Source of the DNA: the human T2T-CHM13v2.0 reference genome, Homo sapiens
Reading direction: 5' to 3' (one strand)
Assembly: GCF_009914755.1 (NCBI RefSeq)
Contig: NC_060927.1
Length of the DNA stretch: 64,000 nucleotides
Shown here: one piece after another, positions 14,251-26,760 of the stretch
How positions within the stretch are numbered: position 1 is the stretch's first letter
Layout: every line of letters starts with the position of its first letter
Translations under genes and position numbers: made by a program
The notes under the pieces: model-generated
Database searches by the model: none
Told to the model about the DNA's origin: nothing
The model's input: the letters and a program-made list of their open reading frames with translations, nothing else

Positions 14251-14550
14251 TTTTTTTTTTTTTTTTTTTTTCCGAGACGGAGTCTTGCTCTGTCACCCAG
14301 GCTGGAGTGTAGTGGCACGATCTTGGATCACTGCAAACTCTGCCTCCTGGGTTCAAGCAATTCTCCTCTCTCAGCCTTGTGAGCTGGGATTACAGGCACC
14401 TGCCTCCACACCTGGCTATTTTTTGTATTTTTAGTAGAGACGGGGTTTCACCATGTTGGCTAGACTGGTCTCGATCCCCTGACCTCATGATCCGCCTGCC
14501 TTGGCCTCCCGAAGCGCTGGGATTACAGGTGTGAGCCACTGCACCTGGCC
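14251..14550 (-). mobile_element. Alu (AluS-like)
   Basis: poly-T then reverse Alu; gagtaat on both flanks. Confidence 0.92.
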
Positions 14551-14699
14551 GAGTAATATTTTTTCTGATTATATTATTTTCACCAAAAAAGTATGAAATG
14601 AATTATTTAACCTAAATAATTTGTACAGAATAGAATTTTTAAAATTACATTATCTCACTAAACATTTATTAATAAATATTAAACTACAGCAAATATTAG

Positions 14700-14905
14700 C
14701 AGTATGTTACATAGTGCTTAAGAATCTTTGGGGCCTGATAGATCTCAGTTCAAATCCCAGGTCTTCCACTTGGTATCTCTGTGACTTTGAATCTCAGTTT
14801 CCTCATTAGTAAAATTATGATAGAAATACCTCTTCTGTTACCTTTCTAGTGAAGATTAAATGAAATAATTTCCAAATACTTAGTAGGTGCTCAAGGATAG
14901 TAGCT
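14700..14905. mobile_element. MIR
   Basis: agttcaaatcccagg...tctcagtttcctcatt...gaagattaaatgaaataat. Confidence 0.65.
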
Positions 14906-15289
14906 ATTTAGTTGACTGTGTCTTTTTTATATATTTGACTAGTACGTGAGCTAGAAATCTCTCAGTTTGTCCTTTTAACTCTATCGTATTGGATAAATAC
15001 TCTAAAAAATATATTCTAGTCAACTCTTATGCCCTGAGCTTATTAATCATTTAGTTCTTCCCAGGTTGAGATTTTTTAAACATGCTTGTAACATGCCAAA
15101 TGAATTTTGGAAATTTAGTTGTATATTCATCCTACAAATAGAAAAACTACTTCCTAAACATTTGGTGATGTAAGTTAGGCTTCCTGACCAGTGCATTAGT
15201 TTTAATTTCAGTAGTTCGTGTCCACAACATTTCTTTAGTATTCATTTGCTTTGATAACCGAATCCTAGCCAATATACACATTCACACCA

Positions 15290-15510
15290 TTGAGACAGCA
15301 TAGGCCTGTGAAGCCTGACAAACTTGAATTCAGATATTGTTTCAACAGTTCATATCTGTGTCCTTGATCACTTCATAAGCCTCAGTTTCCTCCTCTATAA
15401 AATCAGAAAAATAATTGCTACTTTACATGGTTGTTAGAGATAACGAGTATGAAGTACCTCACACTGAGCCTGTATATAGTTGATCCTCAGTAAAACAGTT
15501 ATCATTATAA
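15290..15510. mobile_element. MIR
   Basis: agcctcagtttcctcctctataaaat core. Confidence 0.6.
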
Positions 15511-15862
15511 GTAAAATGAGGTTGAGAATGTTGCTCTGTTATACTGATCTCCAAATGGGGCTAAAACAATTTGCATAATCTGATTCCTCTATCTGTCCAT
15601 GCGTATATATTTATATCAGTGTGGACAGACTTTTCCACTCTGCAATATATTACTTAAATATATATCAGAAAGTTTGCCTATCTTATTATTCCTAATCTTC
15701 TGAAAAAAAAATTCACAATAAAAGAGTACTATTTTTAAGGCTTTGTCCATTATACTTACTCTAGATCTTTATGGAGAATAATTTGTCTCCCTGTTTTGAC
15801 CTAAATACAGTTATATTTCACCAAAATATATGGATGGCATTATTTTAAATACTTAATTCTTG

Positions 15863-16464
<602 letters not shown>

Positions 16465-16487
16465 CCTTAATTCTTTATAAGAGTAAA

Positions 16488-16690
16488 TATAGGTTCAGTA
16501 TCCTTTATCCAAAGTGCTTGTTTCGGATTTCAGATTGTTTAAAATTTTAGAATATTTGCATTATACTTATTGATTTAGCATCCTTAATACAAAATCTGAA
16601 CTGCTTCAATGAGCATTTTCTTTGAGCATCATGTCTGCACTCAAAAAGTTTCAGATTTTGGATTTTCAGATTGGAGATACTCAACCTGTA
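16488..16690. mobile_element. Tigger4/MER46-like TcMar DNA transposon remnant
   Basis: Terminal inverted repeats taggttcagtatcc...gagatactcaacctgta with TA flanks. Confidence 0.75.
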
Positions 16691-17580
16691 ATCAGATTTA
16701 TTTATATTTATCCTTAGAAATTCTACTTTAGGCAGAGCATTTGCAAACTTACATGTTTTCATAGATATTTCTTAATAATATAAAAGGTGATAATATCAGT
16801 TCTTGTTACCTTTCCTATAGCCTCTTTTTAAAGGAATACATAGGAAATATTTGGGCTACCTTAAGGTAGGCCATTAGACAAGTTAAAAGTGCTTTTATAT
16901 ATTTTGGTTCTTTCACTATAAAGCTAAAAATTGATTTAGTCTATTTGATTAAAAATGGAATGTACAGTGCATCAATCATTTTATCTATGTGTAAAAGCTA
17001 GTATAGTCTTCCTTCTTGGCTCACTAAATTTATTTCTAAATGACTTAACTGGATGTTCTAGGTGGTCTAATCCAAGAAGGAAGTCTCTACTTCTACTCAG
17101 GGATCTTCTAGCCTGCTGGGGTTGGTGTGTTTTTTCCTTTCCTTTTTTTTGCTGAAACAGTATATGGTCATTGAAATCCTGTATGTAACATTATTCCTTT
17201 GCTACAGGCAGTAGTCGTTATTTTAGCTTTATGTCATTCCTGATTTCAAATGATGGAGAAATGGCTAGAAAGCTATCAGCTACTTCATTGTTTACCAAAA
17301 GTAGCAGGAAAAACCATATCAAAGGAAGAGCTGTCAGCATGTTTTCTGAGCCTTGTTTTTCTCCAGAGTAACAATGTGGTGTTAAGAGTGAAGAATAAAT
17401 TCTTTTGATGGCACAGCCAACAGCCCTACAAATGTTAGTCATGTATGTGTATCACGTATGATATTTACTCCTCGTGTAGGAACAGATGTATTTACAAAGC
17501 TTGTCCTGTGTCTGTCTCTTAGGTGATGAATACAGCTCACTGACTTGTTGTGTGTCCATCCCTTTTCTGTCCACTTATAG

Positions 17581-17666
17581 ATGTACTCCAACACAGTTGC
17601 TTTAAGTGACGAGTTCATCGCACTGCAGCCATTGTCGAGGGCAAGGAATCAGCTGAGCAAACTTAG
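17581..17666 (+). CDS. ATP11B: ATP11B alternative cassette exon: MYSNTVALSDEFIALQPLSRARNQLSKL(S/R); shifts the downstream frame
   Basis: Branch-like ctgac 17540-17544, pyrimidine tract, tag acceptor at 17580, ag|gtagag donor; 86 nt open in phase 0, ends phase 2; peptide resembles alternative ATP11B tails I recall from mammalian isoforms. Confidence 0.8.
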
Positions 17667-18427
17667 GTAGAGTAGGAGGAGTAGAGCCTCATTAACTCTT
17701 CTGCATGCTAAAGGTCAATTAAACAATATCAAAAGATGGGCAGAGGCATAAATAAAGAGCGGGGCATTTTTGTTAGCATGGCCCTGTCTCTGAATAATTT
17801 GACCTTTATTAACATATACGTTAAAACCTAAAAAAAAAAATCCATTTCTTCTTTGAGAAGAAAATTCAGATAAAAATTCAACGTGATCACAGAACAGAGA
17901 TCTATACCTTGTTAATATATCTTTACACCTTAACTACCTTTTCTAGTACAATTCTAATGCTTCTGCTTGTCATGTTATTCATATTTATGAATGCTCCTGC
18001 ATGTTGAGTAATTAAAGCTACATATTTGGAAGTGAGAGTTGCCCATTTTTTTTATCTTGCCTTAATCTGTATTGTAAATACATGTGCATATTTATGTTTG
18101 TGTATTGTAATGGCTGCTGAAGCATTTCATATCCTGGCTACTATTTAGTGCATCTATAAATCGAACAATGTGTGTGTATGTCTTATCTTTATCTCCACAG
18201 ACAGATTCATTCTGTCAGTTTGTACAAAAAATAATAGTTTAGGGATGCCTTTTGATAAAAAGGGATGAAAGCTTAAATTCTAGAACTGTTTATATTAAGA
18301 TACTATAACTATGTATTAAGTATGGTTTGAAGGGGAAAAGTAATATAAGTTATTATTTTTCTTTTTAGAAATTGACACTTTTCCATTTCTTGCCCTATTG
18401 GTTTCTTACAGATTCTTAATCACGTAT

Positions 18428-18535
18428 TTTTTAAATTATTTTTTATTCTCAAGGTTTCTAATCTTTCTCTATGTTCATTTGAATTTTAAATTCTGTTTTA
18501 TTCTCAAGGTTTCTAATCTTTCTGTGTTCATCTGA
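18428..18535. repeat. Two-copy tandem duplication, ~55-bp period
   Basis: ttttattctcaaggtttctaatctttct at 18441 and 18496. Confidence 0.9.
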
Positions 18536-19199
18536 TCAAATGAATGGCTTTTACGAAGCACCACTTAAATAGCCTTTTATAAAACTCTATGAGTTCATAA
18601 TATTGAGCTGTTTAAAGATTTACTAAACCTTTCAGGTTTTTTATTATTAGCTTCAACTTTAAAAAATATTCTATTTCAAATTACAATGGTGTAATAATTA
18701 CAGATGAGTATACAAATGGGTGTTTAAGTTGTAGTCAACTAAATTTTATATTTAAAATGAGAACTAAATTAAAACAAACTTAAAGATTTACCTTCACTTT
18801 TGTCTGAGCCAAATATGTGTATCACAATTTTATCAGTAGGTGACTTTAAAAACAGTGGCTTTCTATCACATTTTTGAGCATCTAATTGTTTAAAGCAAAA
18901 GGAGAGCTCATTATTTAAAAGCACACTCTGGCCAACTGTTTTGTCATATAAATATAACTTTCGTATTGTGACTAATTATATTTTTATGAAATCATATTTT
19001 CATATATCATACTGGCTTAAACCACTTTTTTTTAGCAAAGCTAGATTTAAGAATAATGGAGAAAGGAGATCATAAATCAAAGAAATCACAGATTCTGTAA
19101 TACTCTAATAAAACAGTAAGCTGAACATTCATCTCTGAAAGATCACAGTGAGAACAGGATATTGGTGAGATGTTCTTTCTGCAAGCCACTCTCCAATCA

Positions 19200-19335
19200 G
19201 GTGGTGTAACAAGTGGGAAAGAACACTGTTGAGAGAGCGGCAGACCTGAATGCTGGTGCTGCAGTTGGTGCTACTCCCAGTGGGTCCTAACCAAGTCACT
19301 TCACCTCTGGGCCTCCAGGTTCTTCACCTGTCACA
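19200..19335. mobile_element. MIR
   Basis: caagtcacttcacctctgggcctccaggttcttcacctgt core. Confidence 0.6.
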
Positions 19336-19375
19336 TGATCATTTTACATATTGTGGTCTGTTTATTTACCATCAG

Positions 19376-19453
19376 CATCATAGAAGAGCAAAAAGAAGAA
19401 ATACTGTGCTCCACTAAAAGCCAGGCTGAGAAAACAGTTACTCACATTGAGCA
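19376..19453 (+). CDS. ATP11B: Candidate cryptic/alternative ATP11B exon, 78 nt: (S)IIEEQKEEILCSTKSQAEKTVTHIE
   Basis: tttatttaccatcag acceptor, gtgagt donor at 19454; length divisible by 3; open in the phase-2 frame left by exon 17581-17666. Confidence 0.35.
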
Positions 19454-19707
19454 GTGAGTGACCACTAGGTGGGCATTTGTTCATAGCTGCATGGAGAACA
19501 AGTGCCCATATACATCTTTCTGCTGATGCAGCCTCTAAATTTTGAATGCATCAGTTTTTTAAACTGCATTGAGCAATATTCCGTGGGTGTGATCCATAAT
19601 AGCGTAACTATTTACGCCTGTGACAGAGAGGAAAACTGTATGGATATCAGATATCTTTAAGAGCTTTTTAATCTTTAATCAAGTTAGTACTTCTTAAGGA
19701 TGATTAA

Positions 19708-20012
19708 GGCCAGGCAGTGGCTCACACCTGTAATCCCAGCATTTTGGGAGGCCAAGATGGGTGGATCCCTTAAGGTCAAGAGTTCAAGGCCATCCTGGCC
19801 AACATGGTGAAACCCCATCTCTACTAAAAATACAAAAATTAGCTGGGGTGTGGTGGCAGGCGCCTGTAACCCCAGCTACTCAAGAGGCTGAGACAAGAGA
19901 ATCGCTTGAAGCCAGGAGTTGGAGATTGCAGTGAGCCAAGATCATGCCACTTCACTCCAGCCTGGACAGCAGAGTGGGACTTCTTCTTAAAAAAAAAAAA
20001 AAAAAAAAAAAA
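19708..20012 (+). mobile_element. Alu (AluS-like)
   Basis: Full two-arm Alu with A tail. Confidence 0.92.
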
Positions 20013-20893
20013 GGATTAATTCAAAACTTATTAACAATTTTCTTTTGAATAAACAAAGCTCATTTTGAGTATTTTCTTTTCCCCTCTTCCCCTGTGTTAT
20101 AGGCAAAGCTATTAAGGTATCTTCACATAAACTTAGTATACCCTTGAAACCAAAAAATTCTGCTTAGTTTTTGTTTATGTCAGAAATTCAGCATTGCATC
20201 TTTCATAGAAATAATTATTGGTCAGTCTTAATCCTGGAAAAATACATAGAGATGAGGCAAAATTGTTTTTTATTCATTAAGGACATTGTCTTATAATAAG
20301 ATTTAAAATAAAGATGGCTATGGAAACATTTTAAACTTCCTTAGAAGATCTCTAATACAAATACAGAAAAAGAACTGAAATTTATATAAATTATTGACCC
20401 TCATTAAAAATCTGTTTCAAATTAAGGATTAAATTTCTTTTGTTAACAAATAGATCAGGTGAAGCCCTTTGCACACATGCTCAACATTTCTAAGGCCATG
20501 AAGTCCAGTTAGAGTAGAGAAGTCTTCTGAGAAGGGAAGCAGGAAAGGTGAGAAATTGGACATACCTTTTCAATAAGAACCCTAAATCTTGGTGGCAAAT
20601 GAATTTAATAGAAGAAACTGAATTTTATTGAAAGAAATTTGGTTTTAACTTAGCTGTAATATATGTTTAGTTAGAGCTTCGTGCACTGAAAAATCATGGC
20701 TTTATTTTGTGTGCTTGTGTTCCCCTTAAGAAGTTCCCATTAGCCCTCTTTTGTGACAGTAAATGTACTGTTCTTTGAACATTCTTTTGTGCCTCAGATT
20801 GTGAATGCCAACTTGTTGCTTTGATCTTAAACCTCTATATGGTGAAGAGTATCATTCTGTAATATGAGACTTGTTGCTTTTCTGTCCTTCCAG

Positions 20894-20978
20894 ATGGAAG
20901 AAGATAAGGGTTCAGTCAGCTCAGCATATGAATTTGCTGAAAGCCAGCACAGAGGGGAGGACAGTAGGCACCTGCTAG
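20894..20978 (+). CDS. ATP11B: Candidate alternative ATP11B C-terminal exon: (R)WKKIRVQSAQHMNLLKASTEGRTVGTC*
   Basis: Strong acceptor ttgctttttctgtccttccag ending 20893; purine-rich start (GAAGAAGA); phase-2 frame stops at TAG 20976-20978; phase-0 frame is also open to TAG 21017-21019. Confidence 0.55.
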
Positions 20979-21513
20979 CTGAGGCTTGCAGCCAGCAGGA
21001 CAGTTGTTGCGTGCACTAGGTAGTACTGCGCTGGACCTTCCCGGGCACTCATCCGCTAAGTTCTCATGCTTGGGGGGCATGTCATGGGACACCTGACCTG
21101 ACATTTCCATTTCTTTACTAATTCCTTCACTGTTCCTCATATGTTGTTTTAGTTTCGTTGTTTTCCTTTTTTGTGGTCTTTACATTTTTCATATGTCCAT
21201 CCCTGAAAATTTTGTCAATCTCTCTTTAGAGTTCCAAAGATAAATCAGACTTCACCTCACATTCTAAGCTGTGAAGATATTCTCACAACCTATTGTCTTA
21301 CATTCAAGAAAATACTCCTTTTTACTTCTCCTTTTGAAAATGTCATGCTATTTCTGTTATCTCTGAAATCATTTTCCCCCTTGAAGTTGTAGTTGTGTAT
21401 CATTTACCCATCTTAATATAGTTGGATACTGAATTACTTATCTAAGTCACCTCTTAAGTTGAATGATCAAAGAGTAGGGTGCTTAGACTTAGTACTGAGA
21501 AATTTTCTGCTGA

Positions 21514-21861
<348 letters not shown>

Positions 21862-21906
21862 TAGTTGTATCTGTTTTAAAAAAAAAAAAAAGAAGAAGAA
21901 GAAGAA

Positions 21907-22395
<489 letters not shown>

Positions 22396-23291
22396 TCAAG
22401 AAAGTGCTGTTGTCTCATATGGGAGAAGCAGTGATGAAACTTTGTAACAAAGCCACTTGAAAATTGTAAATCTTTTAACCACACTATAAATCAGACCCTG
22501 GAACAGGTAGAATAATTTGAAGAATCTGGACTATTCTATAAGATACAGTTTTAAATTAGATTAGTGGATTACCCTAAATGAAAAATTAATCAACTCTGTT
22601 ATTAAATATCATCAGTTGAAAAGATATTCAAAAGAATCCTGAATTTTTGTGTGTTTTGGTATGCTTCATATGATTATATTTACAGTATATTTCTGTTGCA
22701 TTGTGCCTTGCTATAGAAAGATGTTTAGGCTTTTTTAATAGGCTCTGATTGAGCGCCAAAGAAAGCTCATGTGAAGAGCTTGCTGCTGCCTAGGATTTAT
22801 GTTATGCCTTGGATAGTCTACAAAGCAGATAATCTCCTAAGACCTGACTAAAACTATAAAATTGTGTCCTCTGTAATAAAAGGTCCCCACACATTTAAGT
22901 TCTAGTGGATATTTCATATGATGTGGATCTGGTACTGCTTTGCTTTAATATGTCCATTAAATGTACAGTACAGCTGAGAATTGGGTTCTTAGAATGTTCC
23001 CATTAAATAACAGGAGCCTTATTATGGTGACTTTTGCCAAGGAATGATAAGTGAATTCTCTCTTACAGCCTGTGACATTAATTTACCGTCTGCATTAAAT
23101 TTGGGGATTTTATCATTTTTCACAGGTATTAATTTCTTCCTCACCTAAATTACAAATTCCTAGTCATATGTTGTTATTTATGTAACCAGTAGAATACATT
23201 AAAACAAAAGGCCCTTAGTCCTCTTTCAAACTAAGAATAAGCCAGATTATTAAAATAAATTTACCGAATCAATATAATTCTCATATTATTA

Positions 23292-23594
23292 TTTTCTTTT
23301 TTTTTTTTTTTTTTTTTTTTTGAGCTAGACATAGGGTCTCACTCTGCTGCCCAGGCTGGAGTGCAGAAGCACCATCTTGGCTCAATGCGACCTCCACCTC
23401 CTGGGTTCAAGCAGTTCTCCTGCCTCAGCCTACAGACGGGCTGGGACTACACACGCAGCTAATTTTTGTATATTCAGTAGAGACAGGGTTTCGCGTTGTT
23501 GGCCAGGCTGTTCTCAAACTCCTGGCCTCAAGTGATTCACCTTCCTTGCCTCCCAAAGGTCTGGGATTACAGAAGTAAGCCACCGCACCTGGCC
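23292..23594 (-). mobile_element. Alu (AluS-like)
   Basis: Long poly-T then reverse Alu. Confidence 0.9.
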
Positions 23595-24881
23595 CATATT
23601 CTTAGGTATGTAATACATACAGAAATCTCCTTCTCTTAAGAAATCCCTAAAAGACAGTATGGAAGTATTTTATAACAATCTTTCTAAGTTGTTTATTTTA
23701 CTTAGAGGGAAGGAGAGAGGAAAGGGAGTTTAGAAGAGTGAATATGAGCTTGAAGAATGTTTTGGAGAAACAGGCCTTGAGTAAGATATACCAGTTACCC
23801 AGATTTCATCACTACCTGGCTATCTCCATTGCAGTTCTGAATTATGAGATGAAGCTCATTACTTGTTTTAGAGATTTTATGATTCTTAATCAGATTTGAA
23901 AATCAGTAACATTTGATGACTTGATTTTACATTAAAAAGAAAAACATTTCCTTAAACACAAACCTCTTCTTTTTTCATTTTTGTTTTTAAAATTAGAGTT
24001 TAAGCCTTCTTTCCAAATAACTCCTTGAAGGCCATGCAAGGTGCTCACTTTGATTATCCAGTATATAGAACACCTTTAAGGGCAAAAGACCTAGCATGGT
24101 TAATTGTTTGACAGTTATTATCTAAACTTTAAAAAACAAAAACCTTTATTTGATTTGATAGAATGTCATAGGTGTGACTAAAAAATGTTAGAAATGTGAG
24201 ACATTTTTCTAAAATTTATAAGATTTAAGGAAGGTTGTAAGGTTTCAGGAAAATATTTTGTATAAGCAATAAGAAATGTCTTAGTGTTTATTGTCATTGA
24301 CATGAAAATAATGGAAATAAAAGCAGTGAGCCAGAATTTATTTCAAAAGGCAATTTCTGTGAAGATGAGCATTTTTATTATCTGTGCATAGTCATGTTGA
24401 ATAGACATAGTTGTTTTGCTTGACAGCCTTTCTAGCACTAAATTATGTGGTCATTCCTGGGAGCAAGTGTGGTGGAAAGTGAGGCTTACCAATCACAACT
24501 TCTAGTAAATTAAAAGTTACCTCTTGGTACCACTAGGTGGGGTCTCACTCCCATTACTATGCTTTTTTTTTCTTTTCTATTATTTAAAAGTGGTCTCCCA
24601 AAACATGTAATGATTTCCCCCAAAAATGTAATGATTTCCTCTCCTTACTTTGAATGAAATGGGCTCTAAATGCTCCACTCCCATTCTCCTCACCCAATTA
24701 TACTGGCAACTATGTCTATACAGGTACTCTGGCCCGAGCTCCCAGTTCCTGAATATTGAGATCAAAGATGTATATATGGGAAAGTAGTAGAGCTTGGAGG
24801 TTTGCTAGAGAACAGTATAGCATTTTCTATAGATAGCTTTACAGAAACACAGCCAACATTCAGCATTTTAAAAGCAGCTGA

Positions 24882-25195
24882 GGCTGGCCACGGTGGCTCA
24901 TGCTTATAATCCTAGCACTTTGGGAGGCTGAGGTGGGCGGATTGTCTGAGCTCAGAAGATTGAGACCAGCCTGGGCAACATGGTGAAACTTCATCTCTAC
25001 TAAAATGCAAAAAATTAGCTGGGCGTGGTGGTGTGTGCCTGTAGTCCCAGCTACTCAGGAGGCTGAGTCATGAGAATTGCTTGAACCCAGGAGGCGGAGG
25101 TTGCAGTGAACCAAGATCACACCACTGCACTCCAGCCTCCAGCCTGGGCAACAGAGTGAGACTCGGCCTCCAGAAAAAAAAAAAAAAAAAAAAAA
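24882..25195 (+). mobile_element. Alu (AluS-like) with TSD
   Basis: aaaagcagctgag on both flanks; internal ccagcct duplication at 25132-25145. Confidence 0.92.
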
Positions 25196-25392
25196 GCAGC
25201 TGAGTTCTTTTTTTTCTTTAGAGAAAAAAGGAAACATATACATACAAACTATATATTCACATATATATACACTTAGTTCAAAAAGTGATCTGAAGAAGTC
25301 ATTTCTTAAAATTTTTGACATTTCAAGATGTTTACCTTCTCTGTTGGGATGTCCATATTTTAATAACTGTCCTTCAGTTTTAAAGCAAAGGA

Positions 25393-25690
25393 TGGCCAGG
25401 CTCAGTAGCTCACACCTGTAATCCCGGCACTTTGAGAGGCTGAGGTGGGAGGACCACTGGAGGCCAGGAGTTTGAGACCAGCCTGGGCCGTATAGTAAGA
25501 CCCTGTCTCTACTAAAATTAAAAATTAGCCTGACATGATGACGCACACCTGTAGTAGCTACCCAGGAGGCTGAGGTGGAAGGATTGCTTGAGCCCAGGAG
25601 GTTGAGACTGCAGTGAGCTAGGATCGATTGTGCCACTGCACTCCAGCCTGGATGACAGAGCAAGACCCTGTCTCTAAAAATAATAAAAAT
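25393..25690 (+). mobile_element. Alu (AluJ-like)
   Basis: Two-arm Alu with AluJ-type ggaggattgcttgagcccaggag. Confidence 0.9.
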
Positions 25691-26529
25691 AAGGTGAAAG
25701 GTGATGAATGCAAAGCAAGATGATTACCAGGGTCAGATCCAGACCAAGGCAGTGTCTTGCACATATATGGATACTCAAGCGCTGGCTACCTTCTGGGTGT
25801 CATCTCGATGAATTTCTCCCAGTTGATTGAGCACCAGCTTTGAGCAAAGCACATGTTGTTAAACTAAAGTGTCAGACAAGATCCTTGCTCTTTTGAGTTT
25901 CTGGTTTAGTTCTCTCCAAGTAAATGTGGTGAAGGACCAGTTTGTTATTTTCTTGTTTTGTTTTAATTTCCAGTTTATCTTGAGCCAGTGCTTTTACAAA
26001 TACAATAAAAATGAATTATAGGAAAATTAAATCTAAAAGATATATAAAATAAGCCCCAATTTTTAAATTATTGAATTTAACAGTTATAAACATACTTTGT
26101 CCAACTGCTGTAAAAATTTCTAAGCTCTTATTCTCACAGATTAGAAATGCTTATTTCTTCATGGGCCAGTAATAGTGTTTATGGATCAGCATTGATCTAT
26201 GGACCACACTGTGAGTCACAACTGGTCTTTTTGCAAGGGGACAGTACCACTCCCTTACACTTAGGCTAAGCTTCTGCGGAATACACACCACACTGCTGCC
26301 CACACATAGCCACTCTTTCTCCTCCTTCAGCCTGGAATATCTTTTCCCCCCCATCTCCTGCTATTGAAATGCCCCCCCCCGCTAAGTCCTTTAAGATGTA
26401 TTTTAAATGCCACCTTTTTCATCAAATCTTCATGCCCTCCCACCAGTACCACTAACAGCAGCTGGGTTTGAGCTTTCCCTCCTGTTTTCTGAGTAGTCTG
26501 CCTCTTATAATCATAAGGCAGGAAGTGCT

Positions 26530-26760
26530 ATGGTAAAGGGGTTTGGGCTCTGCAAGCAAAGAAACCAAGATTCAAGCCCCAGATTAAGTGGGTGACCTTG
26601 AACAAATTCTTAACGGTTTCCTCATCTGTAAACTGGGGATGATCATGATGCCTATTCCTAAGGGCTGTTTAAGTTTTCAGTGAGACAATCCATGAGAAGC
26701 ATCTTACATAGTCACTGGGGCATACGTGGTGAGCACTCCACTAATGTAACTGCTGTTGGT
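26530..26760. mobile_element. MIR
   Basis: gggtgaccttgaacaaatt...tttcctcatctgtaaactggggatgat. Confidence 0.75.

Noticed and set aside
17511-17543. Alternative acceptor tctgtctcttag 58 nt upstream of the cassette exon
   Set aside because: Leads to TGA after six codons and overlaps the branch region of the better acceptor; no further support
24598-24640. Short two-copy direct repeats (also 31957-31983, 47747-47780 and 61080-61116)
   Set aside because: Ordinary 13-21-bp slippage duplications with no inserted element between the copies
25055-25663. Longest supplied ORF (202 aa, - strand)
   Set aside because: It spans two antisense Alus and gives typical Alu-derived peptides (HCSLNLLGSS, LECSGVI); no evidence of a gene
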